Counted from the first letter of the stretch, positions 29,601 through 36,388 are shown. The stretch is 64,000 nucleotides of DNA from Candidatus Omnitrophota bacterium (GCA_021108075.1 JAIORP010000012.1:6539-70538), one strand, 5' to 3'. The notes: generated from the letters alone by a model not told the origin. Made by a program: numbers and translations.

Positions 29601-30313
29601 CGGTAATAAACACGGCCATGCAGGGCTATGCCCTGAATATCAAAACCATGTATCAGGAAAACATATCAGAGATTGACGCTCAACTCGCCCGGATCAAAGG
29701 CCGATCCTTTGTTCAATTTAGCGCGGAGGGGGCATTGGAAGCATACTCTGCAGAGGAGTTGATCTATGACATCAAAGATAAGATAGGCAAAATAACGACT
29801 AATATTTTTTCCTGGTGGGATATGCTGTCATCAGACGGTGATCTCCCAAGGGAACAATTTTTGTTTATGCTGGATCAGTTTGAATATGCGAGTGAGGCAT
29901 TCCATCAGTACCGTTCTTATCTGGGACACATTCTTCAACCAATTCGTATTCTGGATGAAGATATCGTTGACAACCAAGAAGAACAAAGCCACCCACGGCA
30001 AAGCTATGATCAATTTTTACTGCCCTACCGTGATGCGTTGATCGCGCGTGATACCGCAGTCCAGGACGCTGCCATGCTGGGCAGAGAGCAAAGTGACAAT
30101 GTCGGTGGTATCGATCTTAATCCCGCCAATTTGAATCTGCGCATCAAGCGTGACGGGGATGGTCAGCCGTTGCCGTTTGATGCCCAACCGATCGATAGTA
30201 TTAACATTGAAGGACTGGTCCCTGTGATCATTAATGTTACACCGATCATAAACCTGCCGCTATTGCTTGGAGCGGCTGAGCCGGGTGAAGTCGATCAGGT
30301 CCTATCCCTTTAA
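17699..30313 (+). CDS. Giant (4204 aa) putatively exported modular multi-enzyme protein with DxAML-delimited cargo modules
   Basis: Uninterrupted ORF; start may be ATG17711 or later. Signal-peptide-like N-terminus (LFCLFLILALGVHMIMPATGFA/QG). N- and C-terminal domains shared with 47473..51309. Internal P-loop, HAD, HIT-like, SAM-MTase, GNAT and Nudix motifs. Confidence 0.9.
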   Translation: MIIFMPSKSMSYKLFCLFLILALGVHMIMPATGFAQGMISLPIPGEMVRVSPVFDPMMIRGVMVSPDNPFELKFLMDSGDAILADEALKKEGQGLIKYFLATLTTPDEDLWVNLSPYENDRIMANEFGQTEMGRDMLAQDYLLKQLTASLMYPEEELGRRFWERVYEEAYKRFRTTNILVNTFNKVWIIPEYADVYEKDGVAYILDCRLKVMLEEDYIASQQVLGNAAWARKLGVADLTEEDKANLFASQSDPLKAILKEIIVPEIEREVNEGRNFGQLRQIFYSMILATWYKERLKNSILNHVYSNQKKINGIDVEDKDIKEKIYQQYITAFKRGVYNYIKEQYDPQKGEVIPRKYFSGGATWINIKDVTRYHKELPSNFDKVPRSDFAMLTRLDDSAQAAPRAMDAAMLDTSGRQRARQDAFEKLVRDRFEFDNVIASFNDLLKGANLKVYPSRADLYQYEGGLDTGSYFFTKLVGYGLDAQRKYIALRRLIEQDQFLDFISGEATFSRGDLLRILKNKELDDELDLILKDQDSYDDFISMLADRDYMDILFSHTGTAEIYIENNKLVAQLPNTQLVDVLGFISFSPEDRNIEFLLSENSMAQFLFDIRRQVLPLLVEAAQEYGWGFRSPLEVELSDAVRPIANVISRVREQELERFLGQDTFSRRVEDLEHGAFQNLKDLFQERKQQGQPVMIGISGLPGGGKTQKDKRVAAAIAEVVKEDIVIIDEDRFIKQRAPVDTRGEGLGGKFDWSAHDQSLKDLREGRSVMAQMYDPVTGGNPMLALTEAGNIIILNGNRTITIVADKDQNLFDLIEEEHQPGQPAQVIRHHFKTENLTQSGPFTSGSTVYQFKIENGKLMVGFQGYDVLRLEEQNAPRNILAMTQYEIDLTREDLVARIQLSGEHKHLEAQSVFPLNVVSDRMDVNAVSRAILLKEVIPTDKPIVFSGTHAYTQYKDNKFVSNDQIFDVSLYYQTPWIVRWTRDWLRSQERGKQRGEQLGNAARFYDRLNVEETISLQTKPQVVRDIKIMGVTEAIAYLLHASPEKLFVHEAYLRQLGLDLNTIREWQREYLVKPELLSLFNEFREKTEFVRTYDGHDEYSIGDFIFNVKSGQSALSQAEILHHDRLQDRLRGIWGGSTIIHLDQLGDVVVDGDKKRFGYVSVWNKGELVGERLKALAQRTDPDSLTEAQILIDQFVEQEQQLHLRGVVDKNPDIMTNRRILPMDNQMKVMVASPAAQLTIWENALSVYQSRYASRRADENIYLSPQILQSIPEAFRPYYEQKVTEQLLPSAGQTKEDAFQQFYNNVFELALHVADRSPFGDLIKFGLVRNEQAHLIVENLKNTDVEHPALFERRLNHIRFIFTRALIDQTRRDYFDYVNTSKGNPLLAWTMLFVDSYPEVYNKFNLLIKIFLNELMENAGLLQSFPSNEELWQYISARYQETYSVRGLATPGLSAYVRRSFEYFIDIARQMPLSWDLIQERPAVTGDLASDPYEFSLTSYANETQGYPDMMGVQVLDEREFGRLRTYMDQPRKAVLTDLDGTATLVDQKSGRVSESVKESHKANIQRFAELVTDGVLVVPTTNRRESKAVAYAEEIDQVIQQTPGYRYRQDSRTGGSFLLFWASGMNGMDVGQNKLLDDFQLKFNPQQQEEVVQSLLKDQVIASRATRHVEILDGKINVYYSGGTRVSRAGFLDAIRGVLDGLNTLVRQDGFAPKGEYSLLRVVDGGENVISILPQDANKARPKNYIQNRYAISEDETLILVDQPQQGRADNDLVRLSGIHVGDDIDDLPEGVISTKKAIGLVGPQAVQWLLTNTEFSSPFIEEETFRSILAKNIPPTRNVVIEKVGNLRLVRTPWRKRRVNPTTPFSAVVLPFDPGLFNFRNENIDESDIFFEGIIEGQETTLLLQKSPFAPDHFLVIPERDLERPQVLQPKDIAFGARFVRSQALPHLRLGFTSLKGGASINQLHMQAFTTIEDLSALELVPKKEEYRIQGVSVNVLETMEDYHYNGLMFHSENIEDLSVVVYRYIEILNRFDIPYTVNWTQVGVYVMPVRSSVGIQGRLGFYEHMGFVISKDVSESREQAVAKYADEMQSASLNDADFILTHQFTFSTEEIEAASLRELSSRLNEGTDRPSDAAMLGGRDDRNEERLNLEALEKINLQAYGPGGRHGLIDLEKSYNDSRVFMSYIFGLAGAGMVGLPTALMTQDIYSSATGALVGAGVAIATYVKLFPQSKYKNIEEGIQALEKARTQEEIQSARGLFIDGMAGTDSVLLHRLGLTGLETSEKLFAKMMGAEQTELVLPSDIQPIQADQIRQLEINMGLAGLADLLKIVVHEKFAYFSVVPSIPTDEQRKSLRAAISDPDVIRRLFKNVSDDSNTIERLQERVWHGIFDLLYRQDGDSIFSPEYLELYRDNEIFMEQGVLRELANDQERSQEDYLVDAVKSEIKADKQYKILVFATGSGALINNLLQQISNIGEIVEYDRSATSNETADRKRRELLPPDLYNKVRQITADVRDFKSELNGEEFDFIISTASLRLMSSEARESILEFLQEKAGLRKGGSFIYMDTREHSEIMGQAVDQMRTSGFNVSVDDKFFAGHRDAMFYIFVHQYRKNQIFRNFIDQLMSLKRKDNLYNFLYEMAGHRRIKFELLKATQTSESLRKKNFESMVNRFSDATKQMFGSVFEDARVTVQKGPSSRITIRLFEKDPDVDYLDSYDISVDTALGQVYAVTLYDGRSIGKNTLIVGRAVLQDPTVDRVILTQHVLSSKYGYDEALKELKSVLSEILPEGMLNFDESETLDRLATHAAGLTKSDMSEAINAIPVDAENYEDMIIEAFRSYSRTVYPSQERLPFRGAAKIFRENASMAMRLAGEEGYSSISGLVSLPDGFQNLALYQRLGFNPIIPEGRSDYFGQVQAALTDKSAGATLKEKAWYLSQRLEQLILLVQKDIPDQDAAMLGKINRYQLKNGATVLGPLSEDAFNQMAGEDAFFLVRDKEKGVYAQKTTPEEQGYSVVATEFSEIETIFKDAGVDMVTHILSTLWENPDREVVVLADGVGRGVELQGLVEKLKKEVEAFGLDISKIKIYGLSDMYFQDWQDADPMINFILDDRENLPDYFSRRQIDVMMSYKGISHIGQQAEYINHMRMMKPHFKYNALIVHDFYFGNLDAVESMLERNGFSVKRERLPGMTELFVLRPVDFNKDAPADVSENTNREVKTVPYQQAEFFELTPDYKLAGTYTTRKGEEFNIYFKDNDFVLMNVEGQFIGKVVFDFTEEGVAEIDLVRVSEYVQGEGYLYDLIDAISFYLGQLGAESIVVTEIYNPFLSYVLTKEYGFHPEIKEGDERKQLIIGSREPGERLPVYLSGEGAKKVFSPGSGYDVLLEKLDILDTPPDDGVVSYVFVDYVKDVNNARYQQQISSVKNRMAIDGEILEQRKNEYQTKFQRRGTDDMSEDHRDQAMLITYTEKEWQQIDQTYQILQQLAQVVDTQMEQSGMVEIFDVFRQWLNQGPRDALAQIELIEDPQEQQEAYQKLSAALSRFVHEFETTYDHVSKRWGQEIAGVNGRSFVQFDTDGKVLSYPWFDLTYDLNDKLDKLATFILGWGKLLVTDGAVAKDNFLLLVNKLESTYRIWDGYRQYLRHVADPLSIQDSQIADNQEERTQPRLGYDEFLLPYRNALLARDADQDTLEQPREEYVALVDAQGNFLRAVPRSERKNKAPDEFTQGAVIIVVDEDGNVLMQQRSEGKMEGHETFGPMDWTIGGHRSDEDADIEAAALREGNEEAGGIINFKKSNLVQIDQRPVNPDTDGRWVRSTFIYVVSATEKNNIQEQMIEGWQGNDEVDGWEWWGQDDFTTEAKTSQKWSTVIDLLRDIPDFPAMVETAVVGVTQRRRDSTVRDGAALTTYTEKEWQQIDRTYQTLQEIALSVQGKLQETGMTTLFLRIDQFLVQEDPRLMFEQLQDLPSKEAQDRVYAVINTAMQGYALNIKTMYQENISEIDAQLARIKGRSFVQFSAEGALEAYSAEELIYDIKDKIGKITTNIFSWWDMLSSDGDLPREQFLFMLDQFEYASEAFHQYRSYLGHILQPIRILDEDIVDNQEEQSHPRQSYDQFLLPYRDALIARDTAVQDAAMLGREQSDNVGGIDLNPANLNLRIKRDGDGQPLPFDAQPIDSINIEGLVPVIINVTPIINLPLLLGAAEPGEVDQVLSL

Positions 30314-30503
30314 CACAACGCAGGGGTGTAGCATGCCAAGTCCTGACAGAAAACATTTTTGTTACACTCCGTCTCTGTTTCTTCCCACAAGAAATTTTTC
30401 TTGAAAAGAAATAATTAATAGTTATAATTTATTTAATTATATTATTACTAATAATTAGTGTTCTTTTCAAATTTTTTTTTCTACATGGAATTATTTAAAA
30501 TTA

Positions 30504-30557
30504 CGCGGGGTTTATTGTAAGTGCGTAACATGCGCATCCCCTACAATAAACCCCGCG
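30504..30557. repeat. Long hairpin in the hox leader region
   Basis: CGCGGGGTTTATTGTA...TACAATAAACCCCGCG, 16-bp perfect stem. Confidence 0.6.
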
Positions 30558-30624
30558 ATGATCCTACGGGTGTGTGCACCCAAAGAATTAAATCCGTTTA
30601 ATTTCAATATCAAAGGTGAAGTCT

Positions 30625-32442
30625 ATGAGTGTAGAATTCAAGCAGACGATCAAAGAAATCTGTGAAGCCTGTGGTAACGACCGTTCCCTGATGATGGACG
30701 TTGTTATTGCGACGCAAAAGCGTTTTGGCTGTGTTTCCAATGAGGCGATGGATCTTATTGCTGAGAATATGAACGCCCATCGCGTCGAAGTAGAAGGCGT
30801 TGTTTCCTTCTATTCCTTCCTGTCGCCTGACCCCAAAGGTCAAGTCGTCATCCGGTTATGTAATGATGTTGTTGATCAAATGCAAGGCGTTCAAGCCGTT
30901 GCCGAGGCCTTCAAAAAAGAACTCGGCATTGATTTCGGCCAAACCACTCCGGACGGAAAAATTACCCTCGAATGGACTCCCTGTATCGGGATGTGCGATC
31001 AAGCCCCGGCCGCTCTCATCAATGATATGGTTTTTACCTATCTCTCCACAGATAAAGTCCGTGAAATTACGGATGAATTAAAAAAACATGGGGACCCGGA
31101 ACAGATTCCTATTCGCTATGGTGACGGGAATAACGCCCATGATCTGGTCAAATCCATGGTGAATAATGGACTGAGAAAAAAAGGCGCGGTTATCTTTGGC
31201 CAGCATGAAGCCGAAAAGGGTGTAAAGAATGCGCTGTCTATGAGTGCTGTTGAGGTCATTCGGGAAGTGAAGAACGCCCGTTTACGCGGTCGGGGAGGAG
31301 CCGGTTTTCCAACAGGGATGAAATGGGAATTCACCCGCGCGGCTGATGGCGATAAAAAGTATATCCTCTGTAATGCGGACGAAGGGGAGCCGGGCACATT
31401 TAAAGACCGTGTTATCCTCACGGAACGCGCGGATTTGCTTTTTGAAGGTATGACAATCGGCGGTTACGCGGTCGGATCAGATGAAGGAATTTTGTATTTG
31501 AGAGCTGAATATGCCTACTTACGCGCTTTCCTGGAAAATGTTTTGAAGGAAAGACGAGATAGGGGTCTTTTAGGAAAGAACGCTTGTGGTAAAGACGGTT
31601 TTGATTTTGACATCCGCATTCAGATGGGTGCGGGGGCCTATATATGCGGGGAAGAAACAGCCTTGATCAGTTCCTGTGAAGGCCTTAGAGGTGATCCGAA
31701 GAACCGGCCGCCTTTTCCCGCGCAAAAAGGTTATAAGGAGTGTCCGACATCGGTGAATAATGTTGAAACGTTCTGTGCTGTCGCCCGTATTTTGGATAAA
31801 GGGGCGGCCTGGTTTTCTGAAGTCGGTTCTCAGGGAAGCCCGAGCACGAAGTTGCTCAGTGTGTCCGGTGACTGCACGAATCCCGGCGTTTATGAATTTC
31901 CATTCGGGATGAGGGTCGATGATTTATTAAAAAAAGTTGGGGCGCAGGATGTCCAGGCTGTTTTGATTGGTGGTCCGTCTGGACAGCTGATCGGTTCAGC
32001 TGATTTTGAGAGAACGATTTGTTACGACGATTTGGCCACGGGCGGTTCGGTTATCGTTTTTAATTCCAAACGGAATATTCTTGAGATCGTTGGCCAGTAT
32101 ATGGACTTTTTCGTCGAAGAAAGTTGTGGATACTGCACGCCTTGCCGGGTGGGTAATGTTTTGCTCAGGAACGGTATTGAGAAAATTATTCATGGGCAGG
32201 GGGAAAAAGCAGACCTCGATTACCTTCAGGAATTGGGGGAAACCGTTAAATTGGCCAGCCGTTGTGGATTGGGGCAGACATCACCGAACCCTGTCTTAAC
32301 AAGCCTGAAAAATTTTAGAGCTGTTTACGAAGCCGTTTTGATTGAACCAACTGACGGACAGCAACCTTCGTTTGATATTAAAGCTGCCTTAAGCGTTTCA
32401 GAAGACTTAACAGGTCGTAAATCTGAGATATATAAAGATTAA
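30625..32442 (+). CDS. hoxF: NAD-reducing [NiFe] hydrogenase diaphorase large subunit (NuoE+NuoF-like)
   Basis: N-terminal NuoE-like domain (SFYSF, CIGMCDQAP), LRGRGGAGFPTG, CNADEGEPGTFKDR, ESCGYCTPCR. AAAGG RBS favours ATG30625. Confidence 0.9.
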   Translation: MSVEFKQTIKEICEACGNDRSLMMDVVIATQKRFGCVSNEAMDLIAENMNAHRVEVEGVVSFYSFLSPDPKGQVVIRLCNDVVDQMQGVQAVAEAFKKELGIDFGQTTPDGKITLEWTPCIGMCDQAPAALINDMVFTYLSTDKVREITDELKKHGDPEQIPIRYGDGNNAHDLVKSMVNNGLRKKGAVIFGQHEAEKGVKNALSMSAVEVIREVKNARLRGRGGAGFPTGMKWEFTRAADGDKKYILCNADEGEPGTFKDRVILTERADLLFEGMTIGGYAVGSDEGILYLRAEYAYLRAFLENVLKERRDRGLLGKNACGKDGFDFDIRIQMGAGAYICGEETALISSCEGLRGDPKNRPPFPAQKGYKECPTSVNNVETFCAVARILDKGAAWFSEVGSQGSPSTKLLSVSGDCTNPGVYEFPFGMRVDDLLKKVGAQDVQAVLIGGPSGQLIGSADFERTICYDDLATGGSVIVFNSKRNILEIVGQYMDFFVEESCGYCTPCRVGNVLLRNGIEKIIHGQGEKADLDYLQELGETVKLASRCGLGQTSPNPVLTSLKNFRAVYEAVLIEPTDGQQPSFDIKAALSVSEDLTGRKSEIYKD

Positions 32443-32467
32443 ATCATTGATAACATAAGGACGATTT

Positions 32468-33187
32468 ATGAGTGAAAAAACGATAACATTTACTATTGAT
32501 GGTGTTGAAGTCAAGGGGGCACCCGGTCAAACTATTCTTGATGCGGCTGATGCCGCGGGTATTTATATTCCCCGTCTGTGTCACTTCAAAGGCCTGAATC
32601 CGCACGGAAGTTGCCGCGTGTGTACCGTCATTGTGAACGGCCGGCCGCAAGCCGCCTGCACGCAACCCATCGCCGAAGGAACGACAGTTGAAAATGATAC
32701 GGAAGATATAAAGAAACACCGCAGCAACATCGTTGATATGATGTTTGTGGAGGGGAATCATTTTTGCATGTTCTGTGAAAAGAGCGGCAATTGTGAACTG
32801 CAGGCCCTTGCCTATCGTTTAGGTATCTGTGCCCCGAAATATCCGTTTCAATTCCCTGACTGCACGCTCGACGCGTCTCATCCGGATATCTTTATTGACC
32901 GCAATCGTTGTATATTATGTGGCCGCTGTGTTCAGGCGTCGAAAGATCTTGATGGGAAGTGTGTTTTTGAATTTGTCGGACGCGGCGCGGAAAAGAAAAT
33001 TGCTGTTAACGCCGAGGCGAAGTTATCTGACACGAATGTTGATGTGACGGATAGAGCGGTTAATATCTGTCCGGTTGGTGCCATTTTGAAGAAGCGTGAA
33101 GGCTTTAAAATTCCTATTGGGGAACGGATGTATGATGCTCAACCGATTGGTTCTGACATAGAGTCTGATACCAAATCCATTAAGTAA
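32468..33187 (+). CDS. hoxU: Diaphorase small subunit HoxU
   Basis: IPRLCH, SCRVC, HFCMFCEKSGNCELQ, CILCGRC, CPVGA. Confidence 0.9.
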   Translation: MSEKTITFTIDGVEVKGAPGQTILDAADAAGIYIPRLCHFKGLNPHGSCRVCTVIVNGRPQAACTQPIAEGTTVENDTEDIKKHRSNIVDMMFVEGNHFCMFCEKSGNCELQALAYRLGICAPKYPFQFPDCTLDASHPDIFIDRNRCILCGRCVQASKDLDGKCVFEFVGRGAEKKIAVNAEAKLSDTNVDVTDRAVNICPVGAILKKREGFKIPIGERMYDAQPIGSDIESDTKSIK

Positions 33188-33310
33188 TTGTTCTATTTTA
33201 ATTCTGATATTTTTGCCTTAGAGTCGAGGAAATCAGAACCGGTTTTGGTAATGATACCAATGATTGAATTTGGTCTCGTTATTCGTACTATTATTTAATG
33301 GAATGGGTCT
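33168..33310. repeat. MITE-like repeat, reverse orientation, overlapping the hoxU stop
   Basis: ATACCAAATCCATTAAGTAATTGTTCTATTTTAATTCTGATATTTTTGCCTTAGAGTCGA...TTATTTAATGGAATGGGT. Confidence 0.75.
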
Positions 33311-33354
33311 AAATAACAATTTATATTAATTTATTTGGGAAAAGGTAAAGAATT

Positions 33355-33900
33355 ATGGAAAAACCAAAAATTGCTACTGCTTCGCTCGCGGGTTGTTTTG
33401 GCTGTCATATGTCTTTATTGGATATTGATGACCGCATCCTGAAACTTTTTGAGCTCGTTCAATTTGATAAATCCCCTATTGATGATATTAAGAAGTTTAC
33501 GGGCCAGTGCGCTATAGGCCTGATTGAGGGGGGATGTTGCAATGAAGAAAATGTTCATAACCTGCAGAATTTTCGTAAGCATTGTGGCATCCTGATCTCT
33601 GTCGGTGACTGCGCGATCAATGGCGGGATTCCAGCGATGCGCAATAACATTCCTTTAAAAGAATGCTTTGACGAGGCCTACAGGGATGGACCTTCGGTTT
33701 ATAATCCTGAAGGTATTATTCCGAATGACAAAGAAATCCCTCTTCTGTTAGATAAGGTTTATCCTTGCCATCATGTGGTTAAAGTTGATTATTATTTGCC
33801 AGGTTGTCCACCGCCTGCTGATACACTGTGGGAAGCGCTTGTGGCCTTGTTAAGCAATAAGCCGCTTGATTTACCTTATGAGTTAATAAAGTATGATTAA
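33355..33900 (+). CDS. hoxY: [NiFe] hydrogenase small subunit HoxY
   Basis: LAGCFGCHMS, VGDCAINGG, PGCPP. Confidence 0.92.
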   Translation: MEKPKIATASLAGCFGCHMSLLDIDDRILKLFELVQFDKSPIDDIKKFTGQCAIGLIEGGCCNEENVHNLQNFRKHCGILISVGDCAINGGIPAMRNNIPLKECFDEAYRDGPSVYNPEGIIPNDKEIPLLLDKVYPCHHVVKVDYYLPGCPPPADTLWEALVALLSNKPLDLPYELIKYD

Positions 33901-33923
33901 TTTTTTAATGTGGAGATAAAGCC

Positions 33924-35366
33924 GTGAGCGATCAAAATTTAAAAAGAGTTATCATTGAGCCCGTCACTCGTGTTGAGGGGCATGGCAAAGTGTCGATCCT
34001 TTTGGATCAAGATAACAAAGTTAAACAGGCTCGGCTGCATATTGTCGAGTTCCGGGGCTTTGAACGTTTTATTCAAGGCCGACCTTATTGGGAAGTTCCC
34101 GTCCTGGTTCAACGTTTATGCGGTATCTGTCCGGTGAGTCATCATCTGGCGGCCGCTAAGGCCATGGACTGGATTGTGGGCGGAGAGAATCTGACTCCCA
34201 CCGCCGAGAAGATGCGCCGTTTGATGCATTACGGTCAGACGTTTCAATCCCATGCCTTACATTTTTTCCATCTCTGTTCACCTGATCTATTGTTTGGTTT
34301 TGACGCTGATCCATCCATCCGCAACGTGATCGGTGTCGCCCGGAAATATCCTGATTTGGCTGTGCAAGGGGTGATGATGCGCAAATATGGTCAGGAAATC
34401 ATTAAAGCCACCGCAGGGAAAAAGATCCATGGCACGGGCGCGATCCCCGGCGGGGTCAATAAGAATTTGTCCATTGAAGAACGGGATGTCTTTCTGAAAG
34501 ATATTGACCAGATGCTGGAATGGGGCAGAGGCGCTTTAAAAATCGCCAGAGATTACACGATTGAAAATTTGGATAAGGTGAAGGATTTTGGATCCTTTGA
34601 GTCGAACCATGCCGGTCTGGTCCGCAAAGATGGCTGCCTTGATTTGTATGACGGTTATTTGCGGGCTGTTGACTCCCAGGGCAATCGGATATTGGATGAC
34701 ATGGACCCTCAAAAATATACCGAGTTTATTCAAGAAGGTGTGAAGTCCTGGACATACATGAAATTCCCATTCTTGAAATCGATTGGGCCTGAAGATGGAT
34801 GGTATCGTGTCGGTCCGTTATCGCGTATCAATGTGTGTGATTTCATTGACACACCGGAAGCCGAAGCCGCCCGTAAAGAGTTTAAGGCCATTACAGATGA
34901 TAAACCGAATCATATCACGATGGCGTATCATTGGACGCGCATGATTGAGGTCCTGCACTCGATCGAAAAAATTAATGAATTGTTGCACGACACTGACCTG
35001 CAGGGGACTGATCTGGTTGTTAAAGGCCAGAGAAGAGAAGAGGCGGCCTCGATCCTTGAAGCGCCACGCGGATCCCTGTTCCATCATTATAAGGTCGATG
35101 AAAATGATCAAGTTGTGATGGCGAACCTGATTGTCTCGACGACAAATAACAATGAACCTATGAACCGCGCGGTGACAAAGGTCGCGGAAGATTATCTCAG
35201 CGGTCAGGCCGAGATCACGGAAGGTTTATTGAATCATATTGAAGTGGCTATCCGCGCCTATGATCCGTGTTTGTCTTGTGCGACGCATGCGATGGGTAAG
35301 ATGCCTTTGATTGTGAGCCTGTTTGATCATGAGGGTCAGTTGCTTGATAAGAAAGTTAAGGAATGA
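33924..35366 (+). CDS. hoxH: [NiFe] hydrogenase large subunit HoxH (group 3d-type)
   Basis: TRVEGHG, L1 RLCGICPVSH, L2 YDPCLSCATH followed by a cleavable C-terminal tail. Confidence 0.95.
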   Translation: MSDQNLKRVIIEPVTRVEGHGKVSILLDQDNKVKQARLHIVEFRGFERFIQGRPYWEVPVLVQRLCGICPVSHHLAAAKAMDWIVGGENLTPTAEKMRRLMHYGQTFQSHALHFFHLCSPDLLFGFDADPSIRNVIGVARKYPDLAVQGVMMRKYGQEIIKATAGKKIHGTGAIPGGVNKNLSIEERDVFLKDIDQMLEWGRGALKIARDYTIENLDKVKDFGSFESNHAGLVRKDGCLDLYDGYLRAVDSQGNRILDDMDPQKYTEFIQEGVKSWTYMKFPFLKSIGPEDGWYRVGPLSRINVCDFIDTPEAEAARKEFKAITDDKPNHITMAYHWTRMIEVLHSIEKINELLHDTDLQGTDLVVKGQRREEAASILEAPRGSLFHHYKVDENDQVVMANLIVSTTNNNEPMNRAVTKVAEDYLSGQAEITEGLLNHIEVAIRAYDPCLSCATHAMGKMPLIVSLFDHEGQLLDKKVKE

Positions 35367-35842
35367 TACCTGCTGAACCAAGGATTCTTTTGATCGGGTA
35401 TGGTAATCCCGGACGTTTGGATGATGGTTTGGGCCCGGCCGTGGCAGCCGCCGTCGAGAAGTTGGCCTTGCCGAACGTGACCATTGAGTCTGATTATCAA
35501 CTGACGGTAGAAGATGCTTCCCAGATCGCCGAGCACGATATTGTTATTTTTTGTGATGCCGCTGTTTCCGGGGCGGAACCATTTGATTTTTTTGAAATAG
35601 CACCTAAAAAGGATGATATTTCGTTCAGTACTCACAGCATTGATCCGAGCGCTGTTTTAGGTTTAGCCTGTACGTTATTTCAGGCAAAAACAAAGGCGTA
35701 CGTCCTGGCCATTCGCGGTTATGATTTTAACGAGTTTGGTGAGAAGCTGTCGGATAAAGCGCAAAATAATTTATTAGATGCTTTTAAATTTTTAGAGAAG
35801 CGCCTTAAAACCAGGGATTTTTCTCAGGTAAATAAAAGATGA
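35363..35842 (+). CDS. hoxW: Hydrogenase maturation protease
   Basis: LIGYGNPGRLDDGLG, FCDA, STH; overlaps the hoxH stop. Confidence 0.9.
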   Translation: MIPAEPRILLIGYGNPGRLDDGLGPAVAAAVEKLALPNVTIESDYQLTVEDASQIAEHDIVIFCDAAVSGAEPFDFFEIAPKKDDISFSTHSIDPSAVLGLACTLFQAKTKAYVLAIRGYDFNEFGEKLSDKAQNNLLDAFKFLEKRLKTRDFSQVNKR

Positions 35843-35918
35843 TGCGACGTTGACGCTGCTTTGTCCGCGTTATCAAAAAGAACGTAACCAACGAACCCGG
35901 AACGGTAAGGAGAGTAAA

Positions 35919-36299
35919 ATGCAAGATGGTAAATATGTGATTCTGGTTATTGATGATAACGCTGATTTCCGTGAAGCAGTCCGGCTTATCCTGGAGGCGA
36001 ATGATTATTTAATGGTCGAAGCAAGCAGTGCGGAGCAGGGTTTGAAGAAATATAAGGCTGAAACCCCTGATCTTATCATCGTTGATTTGATGATGGAAGA
36101 GGTCGACGCTGGCGCAAACTTCGCGAAAGAACTTAAACTTCTAAATAACACGGCACCCATTTATCTTCTTAGCGGAGCCGGGGATAGTATGGCGTCCAGC
36201 ACGGATTATAATGATCTGGGCTTTAATGGTGTTTTTCAAAAGCCGATTAATGCTCAAAGATTGCTGGGTGTGTTAAAGGCTAAGTTACCGGAAGCGTAG
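35919..36299 (+). CDS. Stand-alone response regulator receiver protein
   Basis: LVIDDN, IIVDLMME, LSG, QKP. AGGAG RBS before ATG35919; no output domain. Confidence 0.85.
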   Translation: MQDGKYVILVIDDNADFREAVRLILEANDYLMVEASSAEQGLKKYKAETPDLIIVDLMMEEVDAGANFAKELKLLNNTAPIYLLSGAGDSMASSTDYNDLGFNGVFQKPINAQRLLGVLKAKLPEA

Positions 36300-36321
36300 G
36301 AACGATAGAAAATAGTAAACG

Positions 36322-36374
36322 TAGTGACAGAGACCATATTCAGACAGAAAATGGATTCTGTCACTATTTTTTTT
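36322..36374 (+). terminator. Rho-independent terminator candidate
   Basis: TAGTGACAGA...TCTGTCACTA followed by a T run. Confidence 0.55.
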
Positions 36375-36388
36375 AATGAAAGGAAATC

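Noticed and set aside
18860-30079. DxAML methionines as internal translation starts
   Set aside because: No consistent Shine-Dalgarno upstream, and one copy (DGAAL) lacks Met.
17699-30313. Giant ORF as NRPS/PKS, adhesin, RTX/MARTX, RHS or intein-containing protein
   Set aside because: No adenylation, KS, cadherin/Ig, GGxGxD, YD-repeat, CPD or Hint (C...HN) motifs seen.
30515-30532. TTGTAAGTGCGTAACAT as a Rex site for hox
   Set aside because: Poor match to consensus and part of a larger hairpin.
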